NCBI GenBank assembly: GCA_964199315.1
Contig: OZ116702.1
Span: forward strand, 25,110,001 to 25,174,000
Origin: Orbicella franksi
Taxonomy: Eukaryota
DNA length: 64,000 bases
Direction: 5' to 3'
Shown: positions 20,948 to 39,700 of the stretch, in pieces
Layout: every line of letters begins with the position of its first letter
Numbering within the stretch: the stretch's first letter is position 1
The notes under the pieces: generated by a model
What the model was told of the DNA's origin: nothing
What the model saw: only the letters and a program-made list of their open reading frames with translations
The model's database searches: none
Program-made: the position numbers and the translations under genes

Positions 20948-23900
20948 TCAGCGCTTCTGTTTAGGCAAGTTGTTCGTAGCCATCAGTCCCATGAGACCAA
21001 AACAACCGATAGAACCAAGAACACCTGTCCACAGCATTAATCTGAGAGAGAGAGAGAAATAAATGATTGTGTGTTTTAGTACCTCAATATTTATATTATT
21101 ATAAATTATAAGGAACTTAAATGTACAGAACTACAACACTCCTAGCAAAAGTGACCTTCATCTACCAAAGCCAAAACTTTGTATTGGTAAGCGTACTTTT
21201 CAAGCTTTTTAATTTGCCACCAACAAAAATTCAAAGAGCAGAATCGCTTTCTTCTTTAAGGATGAGTGAGTGATTCATGTATGCAGGCCTTTACTAGTGT
21301 CTCCTTGAAAGGAAGCCCCCTAAAAGTTTCATTTTAGAGGAAAACCATCCTATAACCATATAACCATCCGTTGCTAAGCCCACTGGTCCATCAGGCTAGT
21401 GCCCATCTCTTGCTTCTGTAGCACAAAATGACCAGGAGTATTTCTACTCCCCCCTGGATGGGATGCTAGTCCATTGCAGGGTTACCCACAAGCATTAAAA
21501 TTGCTGGTACTGACTTATACACCTGGGTGGAGAGAGGCACTGTCAGAGCAAACAGTCTTGCTCAAGGACACAACACAATGACTGTGGCCAGGGCTCAAAC
21601 CTGGACTACTCAATCCAGAGTCTGACACACCAACCATCAGGCCACTGTTTTGAACAGCTGACTTTTTACAATCAGCTGATTTTGTACTTAAGATGTTTCA
21701 CCCACCACAGGTTGCCCAGCCCCATGCTACAAGAAAGCCAGTGTCATATTACATTGAGGTAATTTATAAGCCTTTGTGTGAAGAATAATACAACATTCAT
21801 TTGATGTGATTTTGTACTTGAAATAAAACAGACTTAAGGAGGGTTAGGGGGCATGCCCCCCCTGGAATTGTTTATGTTTTATGGGCTCAGGAATGCCATT
21901 TCCCACATTTTCCAGGGAGCAGTACACTGAGTACATTGTATTTACATTCTGAAGTGACTTATGTTGTTTAGATGTCAACCTTTGGGTTAATTGATAGTAG
22001 GTTTTTGCCATTTAATAGGAGAGACTAGAGACTGCCAAACCAGCCAAGTTAATTCTGTAAATATAAATTCTTTTTTTTTCTGAATTTCTGGAAGTACACA
22101 CATGCAAACATTGTCACTACGCCTCTGAAGACCAAAGATTCCCCAGATATCATTTGCCATGCCTACACTGTACCTCTCTACAATGACTAGGACTTTTCTG
22201 CAAGACATAAACCAATTTCCACACACTTAAATCTTATTGTAACCTGTCTACATCAGAAAACTATCAACAACCGCCAGTTAATTCTGCTACAGAGAGGCAA
22301 CTGCAGTGAAATTCAAGTGTAATATAAACCATTCAGTACTGCACATTATCCATGGGATAAACAAAATGAAATCATCAGCAGCTACTGAATAAATTACCTT
22401 GCCATTGGAACTCCATATCTTCCTTTCAAGTACACTGGTACTCCATCTTTCTTCTGAAAAATGATCAAGGAAGAAAATTAAATGAAATCATGGGCTCATT
22501 GACAGCTAGAGTTATTTTATAGTACAGCAGAGTTCTAATTTCTGTCTTTCACACTTTTCCAACAGAGTTATGTCATCTTACAAGAGCCACCTTTGGCTGC
22601 AAAGAACTTTAAGACTCAAAGTCTGTAGATGTTTCAATAACACAAAAAAAGAGTTTTCTTGTGTACTCCCTGTGTACACCCTTTAAGTATCTTCCTCTGG
22701 GTACCCACTAAAGAAAATGAAAGGGAACTCCAAAGACCATTGTACACTACTGAAAACAACAGTTGGTCAGTTGGACATTGTCGATCAAATTTGGAGATTA
22801 ATTTTACATAATGATTGTATATCATGACCAAGCTGGATCGGCAGCCAAGTGAAACAATGAGCTGTTATCAACTAGAAGTCGTTGATAAAGGAAATAAATC
22901 AACTGTCATGGTGAGTTTGTGAAGCTAATGCTTGGAGTGTTGGCCCTTCAACAGAACAAAGTTGACTTTGTTCTGACAACGGGCAAGTGCTCCAAAATGT
23001 TAGCTTCACAAACTTGCTGTAGTAGCTAATTCACCATTATCAATTTTAAGTTATTTCCACCCAATTTCAGTTTGGAAACTAATGCAAAGAGGAGATCATT
23101 GTGATATTCCTTAATTTACACATAACCAACAATGATCATTTTTCCAGCTTGGCGGTAGGGATATCAGATGATTGATAACCATGAATTCCGGCTCTTGCCA
23201 AAAAAGACCAAAAAAGTGAACAAAAACATACACAAACAACTTTCTCGGGTTTCATAACCATTCCCCTCTATTAACTATGCTGTAACCATTTCATATCCAA
23301 CAAAAACATAAGTTAAGTGAATAATAACAATATTGCTTTCATAAAAACAATTAGAAACAATTCCTAGATCTTGCTACTTTTTCATTTTTTGAAAAAAAGT
23401 GAGGGGAGGGCACATTTGCCAGGTGAAATGTCCAAAATCCTGTGACTGTTAAGTCAATTAATACTCTGGAAAGTACGAGTCACTTGTCTTGTTTGAAAAG
23501 CACTAATATTTGCAAGAAAATATATGCCCTCATCATTTCCTTGGCCAGTCAAAATTTTGTCCATGGAGTTTTATTTGCACATGATCAATCGTCGGCCATA
23601 AATCAAGTGCTGCAATAAGTATAAGTTTATACACATTGCCATGTTCTTATATTGCTTAATTGGCTCTACATGCGTCACAAATGCTTTGGCGTGAGTTTAA
23701 TTACACGGCAAAATACAACCACACAACTCTGCTCCTCTGTAACTTCGACTCGGTCAATGCCGATCGGACATTACAGAGACGAAAAATTGCCTCATATTAA
23801 AGGAAGAACTAAGGACTAAACTAAGCTAATTGTAAGGAAACCGTTTTTGTTACAGCTTACTATCAACTTAAGCTCAACGGGGTCGTACAAGTCATGTAGT

Positions 23901-24183
23901 TTGTAACAGGCGAACAAAGGCACTTGCCTCAGTCATTATTTTCCGTGATCCCAGTGTTGTGTTTAAACGTAGTCATCATAAACACTCTAAATAACCATGG
24001 CCATTGCCTCGTGATTGATCAGTCATTTTGTTCTGGCTACAGCCTATCGCAATAAGCTTACATCAGTACAAGACTTACTTGGAAGTGTTGCTGGTACAGT
24101 TTGATCCTATTTTTGCCTAAAATAGCGTCAGTTAGCAAATCTTGTTGTATCCTTGTTTCGTAGCCCTTTTTCACCTTGTTCAT
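20948..24183 (-). CDS. COX7A: Cytochrome c oxidase subunit 7A-like protein (84 aa, 3 exons)
   Basis: Exons 24183-24079, 22453-22398, 21041-20948, all GT-AG and in frame: MNKVKKGYETRIQQDLLTDAILGKNRIKLYQQHFQ|KKDGVPVYLKGRYGVPMAR|LMLWTGVLGSIGCFGLMGLMATNNLPKQKR. The N(R/K)...Q..FQ...G(V/I)P(V/L)YLKG motif followed by one TM helix is the COX7A signature. AATAAA candidates at 20731-20726 and 20762-20757. Confidence 0.85.
21375..21647 (-). mobile_element. tRNA-derived SINE (Deu/Nin-like core), CpG-decayed copy
   Basis: Aligns end to end with the copy at 31005-31314; core ACACCTGGGTGGAGAGAGGCACTG on the plus strand. Confidence 0.85.
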
Positions 24184-24841
24184 TTCCTTCGATTGCGATG
24201 TAACGGCTCGAGAATGTATACGTGCCGGTTCGATGTTTCGATGTAACAAGATGGCCGTCTGTGATGCTTTTATCCGAGAGGGCCTTGTATCTAGAATAGG
24301 ACAAGAATTGTACGCATCGGGAGTGGGGTAGAGGGTTTGGACGGCACGCCTGCGCAAGGTTCAATGAAAATACAGTGGACCGTTATTTCGGCCACTCTTT
24401 TTTGTCCCGGCGAAACGCCCATACATTTTCTTATATTAGAAAATCCCGTTAACGCGGGACCCGCATCCCAACCTGTGTAATCCTTAACAATTTTACCCCG
24501 TTTATGCCGGAGTTATATGTACACCTCTCCATTGTAATCAGTTTCATACACTGATTCAAGTTTCAATCTTCTTAAAAAATTATATCTGCATCCCGGATGC
24601 TTATCTAAGTTCTCATTAGTCATGAACGAAGAGCACCCTGATTTATTGTACATCTTAGGTTTTAATAAATGTGTTTCCTCCCTAGTGGAGAGAGGCACTG
24701 TGAGAGAAAAGTGCCTGGCCCAACACTCTTCCGAGTCAGCTCTCGAACCGATCTGAAACGCTTGCTCAGGGATCTAACACACTCATAAGCTGGTAAGTTC
24801 CAAACAATGATAACACAAAATTTCAAAATTCTTTTAATATT

Positions 24842-24847
24842 TTTATT
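24842..24847 (-). terminator. Polyadenylation signal of PSMD11
   Basis: AATAAA on the minus strand about 75 nt after the TGA. Confidence 0.65.
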
Positions 24848-24920
24848 TCAAAGGCTTATTTCAATTGTTACAACGAAAAACTCAAGCTAGACATTTTAAA
24901 TGGTATAAATAATGACAGCG

Positions 24921-32401
<7,481 letters not shown>

Positions 32402-32680
32402 CTTGATTCTTTCCTTTGCAACCTACCCACATTGCAATGCGGTCATAATTTGCGCAGTCATTCTAGAGCCCAGTTTTTTCTCGTTCAAACTTTCGTGAAA
32501 CCTCGTTGCGTGCCGAAAATGGCCGAAGTATTTAGCCGATCACGTGATCAGAACTTACGACGGGACGACAACAAAGCTGAAAATGGCGGTTGTGGTAGTA
32601 AACGCGGATCGGAACGTGCGTAAATGATATCTCCATAAAATCTCAAGGTGAACGAGATAGAACAGCTCGACTGATTCACC
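32402..32680. promoter_or_regulatory. Bidirectional promoter between PSMD11 and the AKAP9-like gene
   Basis: 279 bp between divergent ATGs; CpG-rich; YY1-like AAAATGGCGG (32580-32589) and AAAATGGCCG (32516-32525); palindromic E-box GATCACGTGATC (32538-32549). Confidence 0.8.
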
Positions 32681-35407
32681 ATGGAAAGCGACGACTCGGA
32701 AAGGCAGAAGAAACTGGAGGCAGGGAAGGAAAAGGTGGGAATTCATGCATGTGACGTGGCCAAGCGCGCGAAGTTTATAAACTTCTCTGACTAGTTTGCA
32801 TTTCAACTGCTTTTTCAGCGGCCTGATGGACCTTCTTTCTTTTTCGCTTGCAGCTTAAGATGTTCCAAAAGAAGAAATCAGGTACAGGGACGAAGAAAAA
32901 GAAGAAAAAAGACAGGTCTTCGACAAGTGGCTCTGCGCAGAGTCCTTCGCCTCGAGGAGAACGAAGGCGTCGAAGCACCTCTCAAGATCGCGGTACAAAG
33001 CTGCCGCAACTGGAGGCTGCAGTTGCCGCGGAGGAAAAAATTCCCCCAAAAGATGGCGAAGATGTGGAAGTGGAGGAAATAAGCCAAGCAGATACAGACA
33101 GAGATGCACCATCCATTGCCTCAGAAGTTGGCTCTCCGATCCCTTTTGATGTGAGTTTATAACTGATTTATTTTCTACATGGATGCAGATCACATGAGGA
33201 AATCAATCAAGAAACTAACAAATTACCCGATGATATTGACACGCACTAGCCGTTGTAAAGCTAGGGAAATGAAGTTTTACTTTTGTCAAAGAGAGACGAA
33301 TTCTTGAGCAAACCACAAGCTTTTTAAATTCACTTTTAACTATATTTTCTTATCGTGGTCCTGATAACTCGAAACTACTTGTAAGGTTTGAAATTCGATA
33401 TGGATCCCATCTTCACGCATAAACATATCATCGTACCCTTCTTATAAACTGATATCTTCCCAAATTATGAAAGCTAAGTATGCAATGGATCCTCGCTTAT
33501 TAGCGGAAACCTCTGCCATTTATCTATTTTGTTTCAAACGTCTGGTATCCTCTTGAGGAGATTAGTTCGAGGAAGTGAAAAATTTGTTTAGCAAAGAATG
33601 TGTGATTCACGCGGCGTGGGCCAACCATAACAACAAGGGACGCTATATGGCGTAGTCAATGACCTCGACATCTTTAGCTGATAAAATACTTAAACCTTGA
33701 AACTGTTATATTTCATTAATTTCCAGGCTGAACAAGAGCAGAACTCTCAATCGGGAAGCTATGTCAGTGGCAGCGAATACACAAGCGGTGAAGAATATTC
33801 TGAGGTTTGAAAACAACTCCTGCTTACTTGTGTTCAGCTGAATTTCATATCAGCTTAGGTCGTTTCTGTATTGTTTTTAATGGCTTTGTCTAAGGGAGAA
33901 CATGCTGGATTGAATCCGCAGCCTGGTGTTTAATAGGTTTGTTAGTCAAATATTTACACAAAAGCCAGCATGTGTAGTGACTCCATTTCAAATGTTAATT
34001 TCCATGCTAATTTCGTGTAAGTTTGGTAAAATCGACCGAGTGACAGTCCACAGCTCGATCGAAGATTTGATCGTGATCTTCAGGCAAAAGTTAATTTGTC
34101 TGTCATAAAAGTGGTCATTAACACATTTTCATTTGCGTTATTTCTCTGAGTGCTTTTAGGATGTCAATATTGCATACAATATTTACTCTCCATATAAAAT
34201 TCTTGTGCAATTAGGTTTAGTAAAAACATTACTTATCCAGTTTTAGTTCAAGGATGGAAATTTGTTGATTTTGGATAAAATTCGGATATGAAGTGACAGG
34301 AAATGTTTTTCATTCATGCCCAGTCACAGCTGTCAATGTTTTTGCCCTGAATTTTATCATATTTGCGTAGTCATCTTTGTTCTTTATGAATTTCATTAAA
34401 TATTTTTGTTGCTACAACAATATGAACCTGTGTGGCATAAAACCCCCTCAAGCATTTTGAGTTGTTGTCTTTCCGCATGAATGTCTTCAGCTGTTTGAAT
34501 TTTCAATCGATAACCATATTTCTAGGGATCTGGCAGACATTAAAATAATGAATTGCTAAAACCTTACAGCATGCTGAATTTTTACATGGCAAATACTTGT
34601 AGACTGAAGAAATAGGAATTAAATGGTTTAGTGATAATTCCATGAAAAAACTTCAAAGGAGTATTCCAAACTTACTAAATCTTGGTCCACTTGGTAATTA
34701 TGCCATGAATATTGCAAAAATATAATAAAAAATGGACTCACTATGCTCTATTTTACACAATAATGATGGGTGTTTTAGTGTGTTTTTTACCCCCAAGGGT
34801 TTTGTTATGAATCATTGTAATTAGAAAGGGTAACTATAATGTCTGAGTAAAGTTATTTCATGCATTAAAATGTTAGATCAGGTCAACAAAATAGACTTTG
34901 ACAAGGCTGTGGTCTAGGAAAAATTACAAGCAGCCCAAAGGCTCCTGATCATGAAATCCTTGGTGCCCAGCACTTAGTATAGGTAATCATACAGTTTTTC
35001 TCGTTTGATTTGGAATTAATTTGCACGAGTGAGTTTTTCAAAAAGCTGAAATTGCACGAGCCGCTTCGGCAACTGAAATTTCAGCTTTTTGAAAAACTCA
35101 CAAGTGCAAATTAATTCCAAATTGAACGAGAAAAACCGTATGATTACTTAATAATAATCTAAACATGAAAAAATTTGCATGGAGGAAGTGTCGGAAGACC
35201 TTTCTTTCTTGAAGCCATTTTTTCTCATTCGAGAAAACAATGTTCAAAGTTTCTGCACAAAATTTTCCTCACCATTTTACGTAATATCATTGGCTTCGAT
35301 AATTTCCTATTTTCTTTCAGCCAATCATAATTCAGAATTACGATGTGTAATTTGCACCGGTGTTACACTCTTTGCACCGGTGTTACACTTTTTGCACTGG
35401 TGTTACA

Positions 35408-35439
<32 letters not shown>

Positions 35440-36705
35440 TGAGTAATTTTTCCACATATATTATTAAGCTTACAATATAAAAAAGTTAGTTTTTCCAGTT
35501 ACCCAAAGTCAAAAGTTAGTCACCTGGGGCACCTGGGCACCTCTAGAGCACAGCCCTTCTTTGATCTTAAATTATAAGCTATTAAATTTGAAACGTAATT
35601 AAAATAAAGCAAATTAAAGAATTCTCTCCATGTAACCATTATTTTTGACGTGTGTGTTCTGTCTAGTATTCAAATCAATACATTTCAAACAAGAATTTTA
35701 AGCATAGTTTCTTAAATCATGATATATTGTAGTCTGTATGTCACTCAAATTTATGCAAATATTACAAAGTGGGGTTCACGGTGCTCATTATTTTGCTGTC
35801 AAGTTTAGCTTGAAAGAAATCCTTTAATGTTGTGTATGTGCACAGACACCAATGATGCAAAAATGGCTTACAGCAAGGATGTACAATACAATTCAGTGGA
35901 TTATAAACAAATTGTGCATATATAGAAATAAAACCTTCGTAGGATGTGCAAACACACAGCCGGTTGCCTCCTTGGGATGTACAGACTTAAGTTTAACAGG
36001 GCTTCTGATATTTCACATGGTCGTGGTGGTGCATATTTGAAGTAAAGCTGCGAAATCCTGCAAAATTCACAAAAACATGCAAAACACCATGAAATTCACT
36101 AGGTATCGTACTGTGTCGGTAGAGCACATTTAAAACTTATCTTGGCTGTTGGGGCTGTTTACTTGCTGTAAACTTGCAAATTTATTGTGAAACTTTGTCA
36201 CTGCGAAGAGTAAACAACATCCAAAAACTGCCAGGCATTCTTAGATTACTGCTGAAAAAAACTGAGCACTCACTGTAGCCATGCTGTTAAAAAGATTTGC
36301 CATTGGTGCATTTCTTGGGCACATTGTTGTTAAAAGAGCAAATGATGATCTCTGTTGAAAAGAATCTCATGGTCAAACAAATAGGAGGTCTGGAAGACCA
36401 AAAAATTCAAAGAAATGTATAAAGTTTAATTGGAATTTCCACCGGGGTGGTGGGTCTTATAAAAAATCCCTTCAGTGGAGGAGCTATGGATAATTTCTGG
36501 AATTACACAGTACAGCAAGGCCAAGGTTTGAGATTTTCCATGTAAAAACCACATGTTTGTGGTTGATACGTTGTTAATTTATTAAAATATATGGCTTTTT
36601 GCTTTGTTTTTGCAAGCCTGTAATCGGCCCGTGGGCATTACGGGAGAAAACTGCCCTACAGTTAGCCAATCATAACATGTGTTGTATTGGCTACAAACAC
36701 AAGTC

Positions 36706-36775
<70 letters not shown>

Positions 36776-39700
36776 CAATAATGTCTAATCTTTGTGTCGT
36801 TGTACAAAATAGGAAGGTGGACTAGATAGCTATGACATTGCCAATATTGAACGGAATGAGCTGAAGAACAGAACCCAAGAACTTGAAGAGGAGCTGACAG
36901 CCAAGAAGGCAGCACTGAAACAGATCAGCCGTGAAAATGCCGACTTAAAGGGGAGACTAGAGCTGATGTTACAGGATCAGTCAGGAGGCTCCGTTATCAA
37001 GGACCTCAGCAGGCAAGTGGAAGAAATGAGGGAGAGTTTACAGATGAAACAGTCGATCCTTCAGGACATAAACAAAGAAAATCAAGATCTCCGATCTAAG
37101 TTGGAGCAAGGGGATCAAAGCAAAGTGGCTCCTAGTAGTGGGCAGGTTGAGGAGTTGATAGTTGAATTAAATGCTAAGCAACAGACTTTGGATGAATTAA
37201 ACAAAAGAAACGAGCATCTAGAGGCTGAAAATGTGAACTTAAAAAAACAGCTGTCAAGCTCACAAGGTGATGCTTTGCAGCCTGACTTTTCAGAGTTACA
37301 GAACTTGAAAGAGACCTTGGACGAGAAGGAGCAAGCATTAATGAAACTTCAAAGAGAAAACAGTGAGTTGCAATTGAGACTGAAATCATCAGGTGCAGAT
37401 GAAGGCGGAAGTGCGAAGGCACAAGAAAGCAGTCACAAAGTGGATGAGCTTTCAAAAATGTTGTGGGAGAAAGAGAGTGAGATTGGAAACCTGCAGCATT
37501 TGAAAGCGCAACTCGAGGAGAGACTTGGAAGTTTGCAAAATGTTCAAAATGAGCTTGAAGAAAGTAGAAGGCAGGTGTCTATGCTCGAAGCTCAGCTAGC
37601 GAATCTGAGTGTACAGGATCGGTCCATGGAGGAGAAATCTGAGATGGAAAATCTCAGAGAGAACCTTAGACTAAAGCAGGAAACAATGGAACAACTAAAC
37701 AAAGAGAATGAAGATCTTAAAGAGAGACTAAGCACTGTTGAGTCCACTGATCTTAAGGAACTCCTGGAAGAAAGTTACAAGAAATTACAGCACCTAAGCG
37801 AGGAGTCAGCTGCGAAAGATGAACAGCTTGCAAAGCTGCTGCCTGTCCAGTCAGAATTTGAGCAAAGTCAAGAAAAAACCAAAGAGCTTGAACAACAAAT
37901 TTCATATCTGAAGCATCAACTAGCCTCGGCAGAAGACAACTCTCTTTCAGAATCATCCCAAATGGAAAATTTGAAAGAAAATCTGAAAATCAAACAGGAG
38001 ACAGTTCAGCAACTTAGTGAGGAGAATGAGGAACTACGAGCCAAGCTGGAGGACATGGAAGATGGAAATAAGCTTCAAGAAGACATGAGGGCTAAAGTTG
38101 AAGAGCTTACAAGAGAATTGGACTATAAAAGAGAAGAGCTAAGTAAATTTAATGAGTTACAAAGTGAATGTGAAACAAGCAAAGCAAGATCTGCAGAACT
38201 TGAACAAGAGGTCTTGAGACTTCAGCGTGAAGTGGAGGCATTGGAAGACAACTCACAGTCAGAGTCATCTCTAATGGAAAACTTGAAAGAAAATTTAAAA
38301 ATCAAACAACAAACAATGGAACAACTTGGCAAAGATTATGAAGCAATGCAAGAGCAGCTGACAGAGAGCCAGGGAAGCTTGGCGCAGATGTCAGAGCAGC
38401 TAATGAATAAGCAGAACGAGTTGGACACTGTGCTGAGAGAGCGGGACACGAAGCTTATGCAAGTGATGGATCAATTTGCCGAGAAGGAGGAGGAACTTGA
38501 GGACTTAAGGAAGAACAATGAGCAGATGACATCTCAACTAAAACAGTTGGAAAATGATGTAAGTTTTCCTGTAATTGTTTCCCATACTTTTAAATGAACA
38601 GCATCATAATTCGCTTGTTGTGGTAACTTGTGAGGCCTGTTACTTATACAACAAAAGTCCAAGAATACCTGTACATGTATATTAGTGTTTAGCCTGCATA
38701 GCTGGTGGGATTCATGAGTGAGTGATTTTTGGTAGCCAAGCTGCCATTTTATTCTCTCTTAGTCTTTGCCTGTGAGTGAATTCACAAGCAGTGAAGCCAT
38801 GAGTGAAATTTAACTTCAGTCCTTACCAATTCCCGTGCGGCTTTGTTGCTCTTGGCTTCAACCCAAAAACAAACGTCCACACACTCTAAGTCCCATCAGC
38901 TATACAAAGTTTTTTAAAAGTAAAGTATGTGAAGTCTACATGGCAGATGAAGAGTCTGATGCATCTAATGATAACCAGCAATTTTAATTTCACACCTCTT
39001 TCCTCAGTTCGTTTGGGAATATTTGATTAAGTGCCAGTTGTTTGCTAGCCTCATAAATGTTCGGGTCAGTACAGTAATTGTACAATCACTACATGTACTC
39101 ATACCTCCCTCTTTGGGACTGGGTGTGCGGAAATATTTAATTATAGAGGGACCTTCACATAACATACTGTATGTGTACGTGTACCTTTGAAAATCTGCAT
39201 GAACGTGCACTGTACAGTAGGTAATTTAATACCAAGACTTTTGACTTTTAATCCTCCAACTTGAAGTGGTAGTAATTAGATTTCACTGTTATTTAGGTTT
39301 CCATTTATCGCACTCAGTCTGAAGAACTTGCAGAACGGCTGAGTGGGTCCCAGGACCGCTTGTCAGAGCTCCAAGGAGCAGTGGAGAGCAGGGACGAGAC
39401 TGTGCGAGAGTTGATGCAGAAGCTAGCAGAAGGTGACCATGAACAGAGAAGCATCAAACAAGAGACTGAGCAACAAACGGTGGAGTTGACTAAACAGATT
39501 AAGATTCTTCAGGACCAGTTACTGGAGGTTAGTGAACATTCCCTGGAGCCTAGGCGGCTTAAGTTATACAAGTGCATCATTAATTTTTGGAGTCTCGAAC
39601 CTAGACAACCTCGTTCCCAGGATCTTCTCGCCCTATTGGGAAGATGAGACCCTGGGAACCAGATTGGATCCTAGACTGGTAAAAGTGATCTACAATAGCA

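Noticed and set aside
24184-24357. Longer N-terminus for COX7A from the ORF track (24058-24357)
   Set aside because: Starts at TTG and covers promoter motifs; the first ATG in frame is at 24183.
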